A DNA stretch of 64,000 nt from an uncultured Rubripirellula sp. (GTDB lineage Bacteria > Planctomycetota > Planctomycetia > Pirellulales > Pirellulaceae): NCBI GenBank assembly GCA_938085445.1, contig CALKGR010000002.1, positions 51,411 through 115,410 on the forward strand, in the 5' to 3' direction. The notes under the pieces were generated by a model. It searched no databases, was not told where the DNA came from, and saw only the letters and a list, made by a program, of their open reading frames with translations. Below, one piece after another: positions 9,657 to 20,600 of this stretch (its first letter is position 1; each line of letters opens with the position of its first letter). The translations under genes were made by a program, and so were the position numbers.

Positions 9657-9842
9657 GCTTCTCTACTCCACGTCAACAAAAGTTCTTCTTGCCCAGCACA
9701 CTTCGGGAACGTCTGCTTTAAAGACCGGCGATAAAGCGTTGCACCAACGCAAACAGATTCCAGCAAGCAGGCAAAACAAAAAACATTCTCAGACAACAAC
9801 CACACCGCACCGGCAGTCGTCAATCAATACGACCACGGACCC

Positions 9843-11519
9843 TTACTTGATCCGTTCTGCGATGCATTCACCTAAAAAGAGAATTCCTTCCGTGTCCAGA
9901 ACCAACTGCTTATCCTGAACGGGGAAATTAGTAATGAAATTCAGATCGGTATTCTCATCAGCATTACATACCTCAGCGATCGCTTTCCGCACATCGATAT
10001 CGTCAACACGCTCATTCCGGGTTGGCGGTTGTTGACTCACATACCACGCGAGCCCAGGGCGTTTCAAGTCCACACGACTCTGCGTGATGAGTTCCTTAAG
10101 CCATCCTGCGGCATCACGCCGATACGGAGGCATGGACATATCGTTCTCGCCTACATGATAAAGAATTCCAGCCAACTCAACCTCATTTCCCCTCTCCTCG
10201 AGTTCGCGGATTGACTCGTTCACAAATTCGATAAACTGTGTGTAGAGATTACGTGACTTGGCAATACTACCCTCAGGTGTCCAGTCATTCATCTGCGAGC
10301 CACTATGAGTGAACTTCGCAATTGCAAAATCGTCCCGTCCCCTCGCCTGCATTGCCATTGCAAAGCTAACCTCAGGGCCAAACGTGTCATACAAACCTGC
10401 GGCACTAAGCGGTTCCCAGCCGTTTGAAACATGCTGACCACCGGCCACGTTGTACTTATACGCGATGCTCGCATCTGACTTTAAAAACTCCGGATGCCGA
10501 GCCACTAAATCCTGTACGAACGCTCGTTCACCCTCCATGTTCCGATGACCCGCTAGCACATACAACTTGATCTTTGACTTGCTTGCATATGGCCAGACCC
10601 GCAACCGCCGATCAATGTCTTTCTGTTTACCAATGGTTTTTAAATAAGCATTGGCGTAATTGACACCGTGCTCCAATTGCCCGAGCGTTCCATAGTGGTA
10701 ATGCAAACCCACACCTGATCCGATCTCCACTCCAACATGCGACGTAGGCACATATTCAGCCTTGGAATCACTTCCTACCGCAAATTTCTGCCCAACACTG
10801 ATTGCATACATTCTGGGACGCAGGTCCATTCCCCAAATTGTCTTGGTGCACAGTTCCCCGACATAGAACTTAAGATCCGGCAAGCCCAAGTCCCGCCGCC
10901 AGCACGCAAAGAACCGCTTCAGATTTTTTCCATATGCAGCCATGTAGTTCTCATTGAACATATCATTCTCGCCCTGATGCCACATGAAACCCTCAACCCG
11001 ATATTTGACTCCGGCATCCGTCAATTGTTTCAATGAATCACGCACCAATTCAAGCGCCAGCGGATACATTTTGAACCCCTCTGGTGAATCTGGATTCCAG
11101 TCTCCACCCAGATGCGTTCCCCCAGCAGCGCATTTGATGACCGCAATGGGTGCATCAATCTGATCAGTAATCAATCTTGCGAAACTGAGCTCCGGCCCGA
11201 CCACATCATTGACTGGCGCCAGTGCATCCCATCCATCGGACCGAAACTTGTTCTCCCGGCCAATGCAATATGAAAATTTAACATCGGTCTGTGGCTGGCC
11301 GTAGCCCCGAAAGGGAGGGAAGCGTTCAACATCCGACACATTGGAGTCTGACCCCACCATATTAGACTGACCAGCAAAGATGAACACTCGCGTGACCGCT
11401 TCCTCATCACTCTGTTCCTGACCATCATCTGCATCGACGCGTTGCAGACCCAACAGCGATACGACAAGAAAAAAGGGAATCGCTTTCGCATAGCACGCTA
11501 CAGGAACGGGTTGAAACAT
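9843..11519 (-). CDS. Sialate O-acetylesterase (SASA/DUF303, SGNH) family protein with two domains
   Basis: Domain 1: FAGQSNMVG, VGPELSF, WHQGEND, GLHYHY. Domain 2: LAGHRNMEG, FGPEVSF, YHVGEND. Signal peptide present. Confidence 0.88.
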   Translation of the reverse strand: MFQPVPVACYAKAIPFFLVVSLLGLQRVDADDGQEQSDEEAVTRVFIFAGQSNMVGSDSNVSDVERFPPFRGYGQPQTDVKFSYCIGRENKFRSDGWDALAPVNDVVGPELSFARLITDQIDAPIAVIKCAAGGTHLGGDWNPDSPEGFKMYPLALELVRDSLKQLTDAGVKYRVEGFMWHQGENDMFNENYMAAYGKNLKRFFACWRRDLGLPDLKFYVGELCTKTIWGMDLRPRMYAISVGQKFAVGSDSKAEYVPTSHVGVEIGSGVGLHYHYGTLGQLEHGVNYANAYLKTIGKQKDIDRRLRVWPYASKSKIKLYVLAGHRNMEGERAFVQDLVARHPEFLKSDASIAYKYNVAGGQHVSNGWEPLSAAGLYDTFGPEVSFAMAMQARGRDDFAIAKFTHSGSQMNDWTPEGSIAKSRNLYTQFIEFVNESIRELEERGNEVELAGILYHVGENDMSMPPYRRDAAGWLKELITQSRVDLKRPGLAWYVSQQPPTRNERVDDIDVRKAIAEVCNADENTDLNFITNFPVQDKQLVLDTEGILFLGECIAERIK

Positions 11520-11691
11520 GAGTCATGCACCATGACGAAGAGTGAAAACAAAACAACCACCGCACGCGTCCACCTGATCACCACAACGCCCAGGGCATCC
11601 TCCCCGAAGCGAGGACACCCAGATACGGTACCACCAGTCAACACAGCAGGGTGCAGACCACCATCATGTCAACCATAGAGCCGCCGCGTTA

Positions 11692-11711
11692 GTGAGCGAC
11701 CTCACGCTCAC
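11692..11711 (-). terminator. Hairpin overlapping the stop codon of the heme-protein gene
   Basis: GTGAGCG-ACCTCA-CGCTCAC, 7-bp stem. There is no U-tract, so function is uncertain. Confidence 0.3.
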
Positions 11712-14335
11712 TTCGCAAAATACCGGTGAGACGCATCGCCACCGCTCAACAGGTAAGCAACCAGATCAAGCACTTCATTCTGCGTCATGGGGTTCAGCAA
11801 ACCGGATGGCATGGCTGAAACTTCCGAGACCTCAAGCAGATCGATTTCCTTGCGGTCGATCCCAACTCGTTTATTGGGGTCCGTCAGATCGGTATTCAAA
11901 GTCATGCTGTCACCATTCAGATTGACAACCACCCCGGTGTGAACTGCACCATCAAGCGTCAACACTTTGACAGCGGAGAACTGCTCATTAATCACTTTGC
12001 TCGGATTAACGACCTGGTCCAGCAAATCATGCGGCGAATAACGCCGCCCTGCGGAAGTCAAATCAGGCCCAGTCATTCCACCCTGTGTTCCAAATCTGTG
12101 ACATGCGTAACATCCCGACGCGGCAAACATTTTTTTTCCGTTTGTAAAATCACGTTTCACAAGACCTGTCTTGGCCGATTTGGAAAGCTCGTCCAGCGTC
12201 CACTCGGTCGGAGTTCGCCCTACGAACACCTCACCGAGATTCTCCAAAGCAGATTTTACAACAGGCTTTCGGGCCAACAGCTCAGACATCTGCTGTTTTT
12301 GTTCATCAGAAAGCGATGCAACCGCATCATCACGAATGAACTGAATGAACTTCGCGAAACTAGCTCCGCCTCGGTAGTTTGCCGCCTTCAGGAACCACTT
12401 GAAATAGGCATTTTGCAGATCAGGCGTCCACCCTTCTTTCAGCATGCGAATCGAGCGTGCGTACTGCATTTGCTCTTCCTGCGTCGGCGCGTTGGCGATC
12501 AATTCCATTGCCACTGGGGCAACTGCGGACGACTGCAGATAGGCAAGGGTCTCGCACAGCAACCAGTTCGACTCAGCGGACTTAGCGGGAAACAGCGGTT
12601 CCAATCGTCCACATAACTGGTCAACCGCGTCGGCATCCGGCATACCAAATCGATTCAAGATTATTTGCACACCGCGGACCATCGTCTGCTGTTGTTGTTC
12701 CGTCAATTTTGATGGATCGATGTTAATCATCGCGGACAACATCTCATCGCGCAATTCAGTGTCAACCTCAACTGTCTTGCCTTTCCTGTGCTGAGGACAA
12801 ACCCCTGCAGCGCGGGACAGGGCAAGTAGAGCAACCACCTGCTTGGCAGGGTTGGATTCGTTCAACGCTTTGCTTTGCCACCGTTCAAGCGGTTGATGCT
12901 CAAGTACGGTTCGTGCAGCAAACCGAACAAACCGATCTTCGTGATCGAGGTATTTCCATGCAAAGTCAACTCCAGCTGGATCAGGATTCCCATGAAACTG
13001 CTCTAGTTCATGACGCAAATCACGTAGTGCGTTTTCAGTCGCACCGTTGATCGCTGGCTTGGTGGACTCGTCTCCGACATAGGTGACGCGGTATAGTCCT
13101 GACTGTACGCGACGGCCACCAATGGTGAAATACATCGCTCCATCACCGGGATGAATAATCGCGTCGGTAATGGGCAGCGGCGCGCCTGTAACGAATTCCT
13201 CTTTTGTTGCTTTGTAAGTGGAGCCATCCTCTTCAAGATGCACCGCGTACAATTTGCCCCAACTCCAATCAAGGGCGTACAAGGCGTTCTGATATTTGGC
13301 AGGGAATTTTGCACCGTACCCGAATGTGACTCCAGTCGGCGATCCAGGACCGATATCGAGTGTTGGTGGCAGGTTGTCGGCGTAGAAAGGCATCCTTTTT
13401 CCAGCACCATTTCGCCAGCCAAACTCGGCACCACTGACCACATGACAAATGCGTGTTGGTCGATACCACGGGGTGTTAAAGTCATATTCCATGTCGGCGT
13501 CGTAAGTGAAGAGTTCACCGTCCACGTTGACAGCCGCGTCAAAAATGTTCCGAAATCCGGAAGCGTAGGCTTCAAACTTCTTACCGTTTTCCGTTACCCG
13601 GTAGACAATTCCACCAGGAGCCAGAACACCGCGGTTATGGCCTCGACCATCCGGCATGCTCGGCAACAAATGATCCTCACCCCAGATCTGTGCGACCTGG
13701 GACGTCTCGGCCAATTCGGGTGGTAGGGTGTTGTTGCCGGTGATCATGAAAAAACCTTCGCCGTCCGGCGTTGGAACAAGTGCATGCACCCCGTGATCAC
13801 TTTTGGAACTGACCTCGCGTAACGTTTCAACCTTATCAAGTTGATCGTCACCGTTGCTGTCAGATATCCGATAAAGACCCGACGGCATCTTGCGTTCATA
13901 ATCGTTAACCCCAACGTACAGAGCGCCGTCGGACCAAACCATTCCATTAACCGCTCGAATCGCGGCAGGCACCTTCTCGATACTCGCTGCCTCAACCGGC
14001 TGCCCCGCTGCCGGCGGTGTTATGCGATACAAACCGCCAAACTGATCACTCACCAGCAAGCGTCCCTTATCATCGGTGCACAGATTCACCCATGAACCTT
14101 GCTCGGTACCCGGAACCGAATAAAGCAGCTCAACCTTGAAGCCCTTGGCTGCCTTGATCAAGTCAACGGGCGTGGCTGTGTTACCACCGACTGCCGGCCC
14201 AACCGACTTGGCCTTGCCTTTAGGACGTTTGGCTTTCTTTTTGTCCTGAGCAGTTGTTATCGAACTTGTCAGGCACAAAGAAAGAATCAACAGAAACTTG
14301 AACAAATACTTTTCGCGATTCGCTTCGGTCAACAT
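11708..14335 (-). CDS. PVC-type membrane-bound dehydrogenase-like beta-propeller / HEAT / cytochrome c protein
   Basis: GFRNIFD, GELFTYDADMEYD..PWYRPTR, GPGSPTG propeller motifs; HEAT-like middle (DRFVRFAARTVLE); C-terminal CYACH heme site, GPDLT and SAMPSGL. Confidence 0.92.
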   Translation of the reverse strand: MLTEANREKYLFKFLLILSLCLTSSITTAQDKKKAKRPKGKAKSVGPAVGGNTATPVDLIKAAKGFKVELLYSVPGTEQGSWVNLCTDDKGRLLVSDQFGGLYRITPPAAGQPVEAASIEKVPAAIRAVNGMVWSDGALYVGVNDYERKMPSGLYRISDSNGDDQLDKVETLREVSSKSDHGVHALVPTPDGEGFFMITGNNTLPPELAETSQVAQIWGEDHLLPSMPDGRGHNRGVLAPGGIVYRVTENGKKFEAYASGFRNIFDAAVNVDGELFTYDADMEYDFNTPWYRPTRICHVVSGAEFGWRNGAGKRMPFYADNLPPTLDIGPGSPTGVTFGYGAKFPAKYQNALYALDWSWGKLYAVHLEEDGSTYKATKEEFVTGAPLPITDAIIHPGDGAMYFTIGGRRVQSGLYRVTYVGDESTKPAINGATENALRDLRHELEQFHGNPDPAGVDFAWKYLDHEDRFVRFAARTVLEHQPLERWQSKALNESNPAKQVVALLALSRAAGVCPQHRKGKTVEVDTELRDEMLSAMINIDPSKLTEQQQQTMVRGVQIILNRFGMPDADAVDQLCGRLEPLFPAKSAESNWLLCETLAYLQSSAVAPVAMELIANAPTQEEQMQYARSIRMLKEGWTPDLQNAYFKWFLKAANYRGGASFAKFIQFIRDDAVASLSDEQKQQMSELLARKPVVKSALENLGEVFVGRTPTEWTLDELSKSAKTGLVKRDFTNGKKMFAASGCYACHRFGTQGGMTGPDLTSAGRRYSPHDLLDQVVNPSKVINEQFSAVKVLTLDGAVHTGVVVNLNGDSMTLNTDLTDPNKRVGIDRKEIDLLEVSEVSAMPSGLLNPMTQNEVLDLVAYLLSGGDASHRYFAK

Positions 14336-14592
14336 GCTTGTTCCGTAGAGGGGATTCGAAAGAAAAAAATGATGGCAGATTCACGGGCAATGGGTGGTCT
14401 GCCGGGTCAGCGGTAAAATGGGTTGGAGCGGTCGAGGGGAGGGAAGATGGCATCTCACATCAAGTACGTCTACAGCATGCGAGTCGCCACAATACAAGCC
14501 CGACACGCTCCGCCCGTATATGCAGTTCGTCTTGCAAACCCGAGACTTCGGCTCTCGTGAGCGACCAACCCGTGTTTCCTATTGTTCTACTG

Positions 14593-14646
14593 CCTCAGTG
14601 AGCCGTCCTGCCTTGGTGAGTGGCACTCCTTAGGTGAGCGACCGCC
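14593..14646. repeat. Three degenerate 18-bp tandem units with a GTGAG core
   Basis: GTGAG at 14598, 14616 and 14634 (cctcagtgagccgtcctg / ccttggtgagtggcactc / cttaggtgagcgaccgcc). Confidence 0.45.
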
Positions 14647-14682
14647 ATCACGAGGCAAGTGCATCATGTAAGCGTCCGCTAA

Positions 14683-14698
14683 CTGTTGAATTCAACAG
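14683..14698. promoter_or_regulatory. Perfect 16-bp palindrome in a divergent intergenic region
   Basis: CTGTTGAATTCAACAG. The palindrome is seen directly; its function is unknown. Confidence 0.35.
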
Positions 14699-15418
14699 AA
14701 ATTTCGACAAATGGTGCGTATTTCAGCGTGAACATGAAAAACCTGTAACGCTTCGTACTGCCACCTAGCCAGACGACGTCAACGACCCTGCTATCTGCTC
14801 CTTAGTATAAACGAAATACACCAATCGAGCGACAATATCTGTCACCTGGAATCCCAACACCCGCCGCTCCCTCAGACCTGCATTCTAAGAGCCTTCAAAA
14901 CAGGCACCTCGCTCGCCTCGAGGACCGCCAATCACACTCATGAGCCAACGGCAAAATGGAAAACTCACCAGATACAGTGGTAGTTTTGCCATTTAACAAG
15001 CCAATTTGCGGGGGATGTGCCGCCAATGAACCGATGGCGATACCACACATCCCTTGATGACGGAAAACCCAATTAACGTCGTTTCATCGACCCGAAACTG
15101 CTTTTTTGGTGGAGAACTATGTTGGTTTTCGCTTAGTCGGCATCGTGCTGGCCCCACTCACCCTAGGCACCCTTCCGCCGAACATCCGCCTGAAATCAAG
15201 AACGCGTTGATCTGCGGACCGCACAACGCTTGCGTATACGGGCCAACCGCCGAATTTACGAGAGAGCGTCTTGAGCACTATTTTGCTTAATGAGTTTCCG
15301 CACGAGCCCATAATCGTCATTCATGTTATTCTGGGCAGGTCGACGGGTGGCAGGGCTTGAACCACTCGCAACCTAGACCTACGAACGCATTAAAAATCAC
15401 TCCATTTGACTTAACATC

Positions 15419-17344
15419 ATGAGTACCCCCCGCCCCTTCAACGCAGCTTACTCTCGTTTCAACTTTCGCTTCATGGCAGCCGTGTCTTGCTGCATCCTCG
15501 CGGTGTGCAGCCCCAGTTTGCTGCCCGCACAAGTTGCTACCCCCCCCAGCTTGAAAGCCAAGCCAAATATTCTTTGGATCACCAGTGAAGACAACGGCGT
15601 GTCATGGGTGAGCTGCTACGGGGGCACCAATGCAAAGACCCCCGCTATCGATCAGCTGGCGAAAGAGGGTTTTCGTTATTTGAATTGTTTTGATAACGCG
15701 GCTGTGTGCGCACCAACGCGATCGTGTTGGATCACGGGGATGTACGGCATTTCAAACGGTACACAACCGATGCGAAGCAGAAACATGATCCCGCATGACA
15801 AGATCAGTTATTACCCGGACTTACTCAAAAAAGCCGGTTATCACACCTCCAACCCGAGCAAGACCGACTACAACATCGGCGGTCGCGACGATAAAGAGTG
15901 CTGGGACTATAAGGGCGGGAAAAACAAATCCCAGTACGGTTGGCGGTATCGCAACGAGAATCAGCCATTCTTTGCAGTGGTTAACATCGGCGACAGCCAT
16001 GAAAGCCGCGCGCACGGAGAAGGCGGAAAACTGCGCAATGACCCAGCGAAAATGAAACTGTTTTCGTACCATCCCGACTTACCCGCCATCCGCCGGAACT
16101 ATGCCAAGTATGCGGATGCAGTGGAAAACATGGACAGAAAGGTTCAAGCCACCATTGACGCCTTGAAAAAGGACGGCCTGTATGATGAAACCATCATCGT
16201 CTACAACTCGGACCACGGCGGGGTAATGGCTCGAAGCAAGCGTTTTCTTTACTCCAGCGGCGTGCACTGCCCTTTGATAATTCGCATTCCCGAAAAGTAC
16301 AAACATCTTTACCCTGCCGACCAACCTGGCGACACAGTCTCTCGTATCGTCAGTTTTGTCGACATGCCCAAAACATGGCTGAGTCTCGCTGGAGCGAGTA
16401 TTCCCGACACCTATCAGGGCACTATTTTTATGGGATCGGGCTCAGAGGCGGCCCCACAGTACCACCTTGGTTTCCGCGAACGAGCCGACGAGCGACTCGA
16501 TCACGTTCGTTTGATGCGAGACGCACGGTTCGCCTATCACAAGAATTACATGCCCTACGCTCCCGCTGGGCAACATTTGGCCTACTTATGGAAAGCGCCA
16601 CTTACCCCCGCATGGGAAAAGCACCACCGCGATGGAAAAACCAACGCCGTCACTGGCCGCTTCTTTGAGCCCCGAGTGTCAGAAGAATTTTACGATAACG
16701 CAACCGACTTCGACAACGTCAACAACCTCATCGACGACCCCAACCATCAACACAGAGTTCAGCAACTAAAGGCCGCCCTACGTAGCCAACAACTTCAACT
16801 GCGAGACTCAGGTCTGCTACCGGAGAAAATGAGGGAACGCCGCGCAGCAGCTAACGGCATTACCATCTATGAAATGGTGCGCAACGATGACCTTTATCCA
16901 CTCGAGCAATATCTTGATGCTGCCGACATGGCACTCACCCGTGACCCCGAAAACCTGAATCAGTTTGTCAAATGGATGAGCAATGCTGACGAAGGCATGC
17001 GTTGGTGGGGAATCGTTGGCCTCCACCTACTTGGTGAAAAAGGTGCAAAGGCCCAACCGGTTCTTCAAAAGGCTCTCACTGACGAAACCGATGAAGTGAA
17101 AATCATGGCAGCATGGGCTCTTGTCAATCTTGGTAATTCAAAAGCCGCATTGGCCACACTCGAGTCAATGTTGTTTCGGGCTCCATCGTCCAGCAACAAC
17201 ACCACCTTGCTGCACAACGTTCTGGACTGGATGGGTGAGCCAGCCTTGCCCCTCGTCAAGCAGTACATCGATCGGGGTGGAAACCGGCAAGGAAAGTATG
17301 GCATCGGAATACTCGGGCGTATCGCACAGTTGAATGGCTGGTAA
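15419..17344 (+). CDS. S1 (formylglycine-dependent) sulfatase with C-terminal HEAT-like repeats
   Basis: PNILWITSED, VCAPTRSCWITG, SDHGG, KRFLY; C-terminal EGMRWWGIVGL..ALTDETDEVKIMAAWAL. Confidence 0.93.
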   Translation: MSTPRPFNAAYSRFNFRFMAAVSCCILAVCSPSLLPAQVATPPSLKAKPNILWITSEDNGVSWVSCYGGTNAKTPAIDQLAKEGFRYLNCFDNAAVCAPTRSCWITGMYGISNGTQPMRSRNMIPHDKISYYPDLLKKAGYHTSNPSKTDYNIGGRDDKECWDYKGGKNKSQYGWRYRNENQPFFAVVNIGDSHESRAHGEGGKLRNDPAKMKLFSYHPDLPAIRRNYAKYADAVENMDRKVQATIDALKKDGLYDETIIVYNSDHGGVMARSKRFLYSSGVHCPLIIRIPEKYKHLYPADQPGDTVSRIVSFVDMPKTWLSLAGASIPDTYQGTIFMGSGSEAAPQYHLGFRERADERLDHVRLMRDARFAYHKNYMPYAPAGQHLAYLWKAPLTPAWEKHHRDGKTNAVTGRFFEPRVSEEFYDNATDFDNVNNLIDDPNHQHRVQQLKAALRSQQLQLRDSGLLPEKMRERRAAANGITIYEMVRNDDLYPLEQYLDAADMALTRDPENLNQFVKWMSNADEGMRWWGIVGLHLLGEKGAKAQPVLQKALTDETDEVKIMAAWALVNLGNSKAALATLESMLFRAPSSSNNTTLLHNVLDWMGEPALPLVKQYIDRGGNRQGKYGIGILGRIAQLNGW

Positions 17345-17626
17345 GTATCTTGTGATGCACAATGGCTGCGTCAAGCAATTGTCACCCGCAAAGCAACGGT
17401 ACGGCTCGAAAGCCCAATGGCGTGCAAACCCACCAGATTACCTGCACACGCCACCCGTTGGGTGAACATGTGGATGGGCAAAGGCTGAAAGTGCCACCAA
17501 GAAGTACCAAACCGGTGATTACCGGCTGAACACTCTGCTTTGAAACCCAAGTGGCTCGCTACCCAGAAACCTAGTGAATCGCCACCGACCCGAGCAGCTC
17601 CACGCCAGATGTCCTCCGGACCACCC

Positions 17627-20600
17627 TCACCCAGCTTCGTGGGACAGCCCCTCCGAAATATGCTTTGTCACCGCCAAGGGATCACCCACGAAGGTGCGAT
17701 GGGGAATGCGCGTGACCGCCCAGCCTGCTCTGGCGAGTCTCAACTGCTCCTCCAATTGCACCCACGAATCCGCGGGTGTCGACTTATGAGCGTCATACAT
17801 CACCGCCAGCCTTGAGTCATTACATCCCGCGATCAAAGGCACGCGGGTCCCCGTTGCATCGAAGTCGGTCCACACCTGCATCCCTGATTTCTTGAGTGTT
17901 TCCTCGAGGTCACGCTCCAGTGGACTACAACTCCGCTCGTCCTTAAAGACGCTCTTAGCTGGGTTGTTCGCATACACCAAGAAATCTTTTAATAGACCTT
18001 TGGATAGGTCAGCCGCTTTGACTGATGTCACCACCACCAGCAGTTTCCGGGCGCGGGTGATGGCAACGTTGAACAGATTCGGCGTTTCAAGGAACTGCAA
18101 AGAACCCCGATGTGAACCTTTATCAATGGACGTGGTCATGATGACGACATCCTTCTCATCACCTTGCAAGGCGTGGGCTGTTCCCACAGTCATGCCATGT
18201 CGCAGAATCACGTCAGAGCTGAAAGACTCGATCAACCGCCGTTGAATTTCATCGGCGTGGTCTCGAAAAGGGCTGACGACGCCAATCGACAGCGGTTTAC
18301 TGACTCCTTGTGACTCTACAAACCGAACTACCTGCTGCACCGTTTCCTCGACCTCTGCCAAATTGACGCTGCTATCGACTTCCCGCCCCCCTGCTACCTC
18401 ACGCAATTCAATCGACGACTCTGACTTTCCCGGGCGCCCCGTCATGATTTTCAGGTCACCATCATAAAACTTCTCATTGGAAAAGTTGATGATGTGTGGG
18501 TGTGACCGAAAGTGTTCGTCCAGCAGATAGAAATGCTGTTGCTCTACGGCGTCCGCGGCAACATCAAACAGACTACGCCGAAAGTGAAATCTACGTTGCT
18601 CTGATTCATCCAATGCATTCTTAACGCAGTATGCCTTTTCTCGAGTACGACTGAGAAAACAAACATGACGTAGCTGATTTGGATCACCGACAACCACCGC
18701 CCGTTTCCCACGCATCAGCGCCACTCCGGCCAAAGCCAGATCACATTGCGACGCCTCATCAATCACAACCACATCAAATAACCCAGGATTTGCCGGCAGC
18801 ACCTCACAGAGCGCTCGATTAGTTGAAGCCCAAGCGGGAAAAGCATCCGTCAGCAGCCCGTGATCCATTTCACGCTTCAATTCAGATTTAAGCTTACGAT
18901 CACGCCGACGCAACAACTTGCTTAAATTTCTAAGGTCAGTACGGTTCTTTTGGTTATCGATCAACTTCTTTAGACGACGTTCCCGCATCATCCGCAGTAG
19001 ATCCAGCGCACACTTGTGTCGCTGCTGTTTGAGTTCAAGAATTTGCCCCCAGACAAGATCCACAACAAAGGGGTGTTTCAACCGTCGTTCAACACCCTGC
19101 AACTCGTGACGCAGCGTATAAAAGTCGAGCATCAATCGGATATCAGAATCAGAAACATCCTCCTCAACATTCGGAATTTCGAGAATCTTTTTTACACGTG
19201 CACGATTCCACAGTCCCCACCACCTTGTGAGAAATTTCTTACCCGCTTCATCGTAGCGTTGATATCGCTCGAAAAGTCTCTTCACCTTCCTCAGTTTTTT
19301 TTCTGGCAGCACTCGCGATTCAAAGGGCAATAATGGCTCACTTCGCACGCAATCTTCATGAAGCTTACTCCAACGCTCCTCAGCACGGATTGCTTTCTCA
19401 AATCCATCTGCGAGCCCTTGGCTCTGACGAGTAAGTTCGAAGTGTGACTCAGCACACTCCTGAATGGTCCCCTGGCTTGAATAACCTAGATTGTTCTTCG
19501 GGCCGGTGAGCTTCGAAATTTTGGCAGCAAGCTCCCGCTGCGTTTTACGGCCACCTGACCGGGCAACTGACAAAGGCCCTGCTCGGTTTTCCACATGCTT
19601 CGCAACCACCTCGACCGCCTTGTCCATCTGCGATGCAAGCAATACCGTCTGACCGTTAAGCATCGCATCAAGCATGATCGCCGCAATCGTATAGGACTTG
19701 CCGGTCCCCGGAGGCCCGGTGACAACCGTCAAAGGCGCCGACCGCGCACTCTCAACAATAGCACCCTGCGCGGGTGTCAGCGGCAAGGGGCGCACTTCAT
19801 CAGGATATTTGCGTTCGTGAGAGTCAATCGTCCACGATGCCGCTGACTCCGGATCAAACACGCAACCGAACGCCGTCTGACTCAGGTCCATCTCCTGCAT
19901 CATTCGCAACTCATTCAACGCGGACATCGCGTGACCCGTTTTCTTCCCTAGAACAATTGCTGTCGCCGGCAGAACTCTGAAGAAATCGTCTTTAGCTACT
20001 TGAGGCAGAAAAAAGTCAATCAGCTCCGTTTCGCAGCCACGTTCAATATCTGACTCATCCAAACCACCTGAAATTTTTCGAATCCGATCTGATTGATTTC
20101 GTCGGGCAGCGGGCAACTCATGCATCAGGGGCAGTTCCGGCGCAATCGCTTGAAATCGTTCCCAAAAAGTCTCGATTTCATTGTCATCAATTGGGAAATC
20201 TGGAACGCGTTCGGAAAGATCTGCTAAACGATCCTGCAGGTCATCATCCTCACCCTGAAAAATCTCAGCCAACAAGCTGTGATTGACAGTGAAATCTGAT
20301 CCACTTACCCGAACCTCAATTCCCCCTGCCTCCGCCTCGCTGATTTCTACTGGGACCTCAAGTATGGGCGCACACAATTGTTTGTATTTCCCCGATTCTT
20401 GTGCTGGCAGTCGCCCCACCAGAAACAGCGCCCCCAGGGTGAGCGAAAAATCACCGCTCATGAGCGCCGCCCGTTTGCCAAACTCTACCGCTTCATCATC
20501 TTGAAGTGCCAGGTTTCCATCAACATTCAGATCTTGCTGCTCACCTCCGCTAAGAGGCAAGATCGCCACGTCTTTCTGACCAAACACGTTAACGGACCCG

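Noticed and set aside
17400..17520. GGGCAAA...GAAA pattern resembling a c-di-GMP-I riboswitch
   Set aside because: It lacks the GACGCAAA/P2 elements and lies between convergent gene ends, not in a 5' leader.
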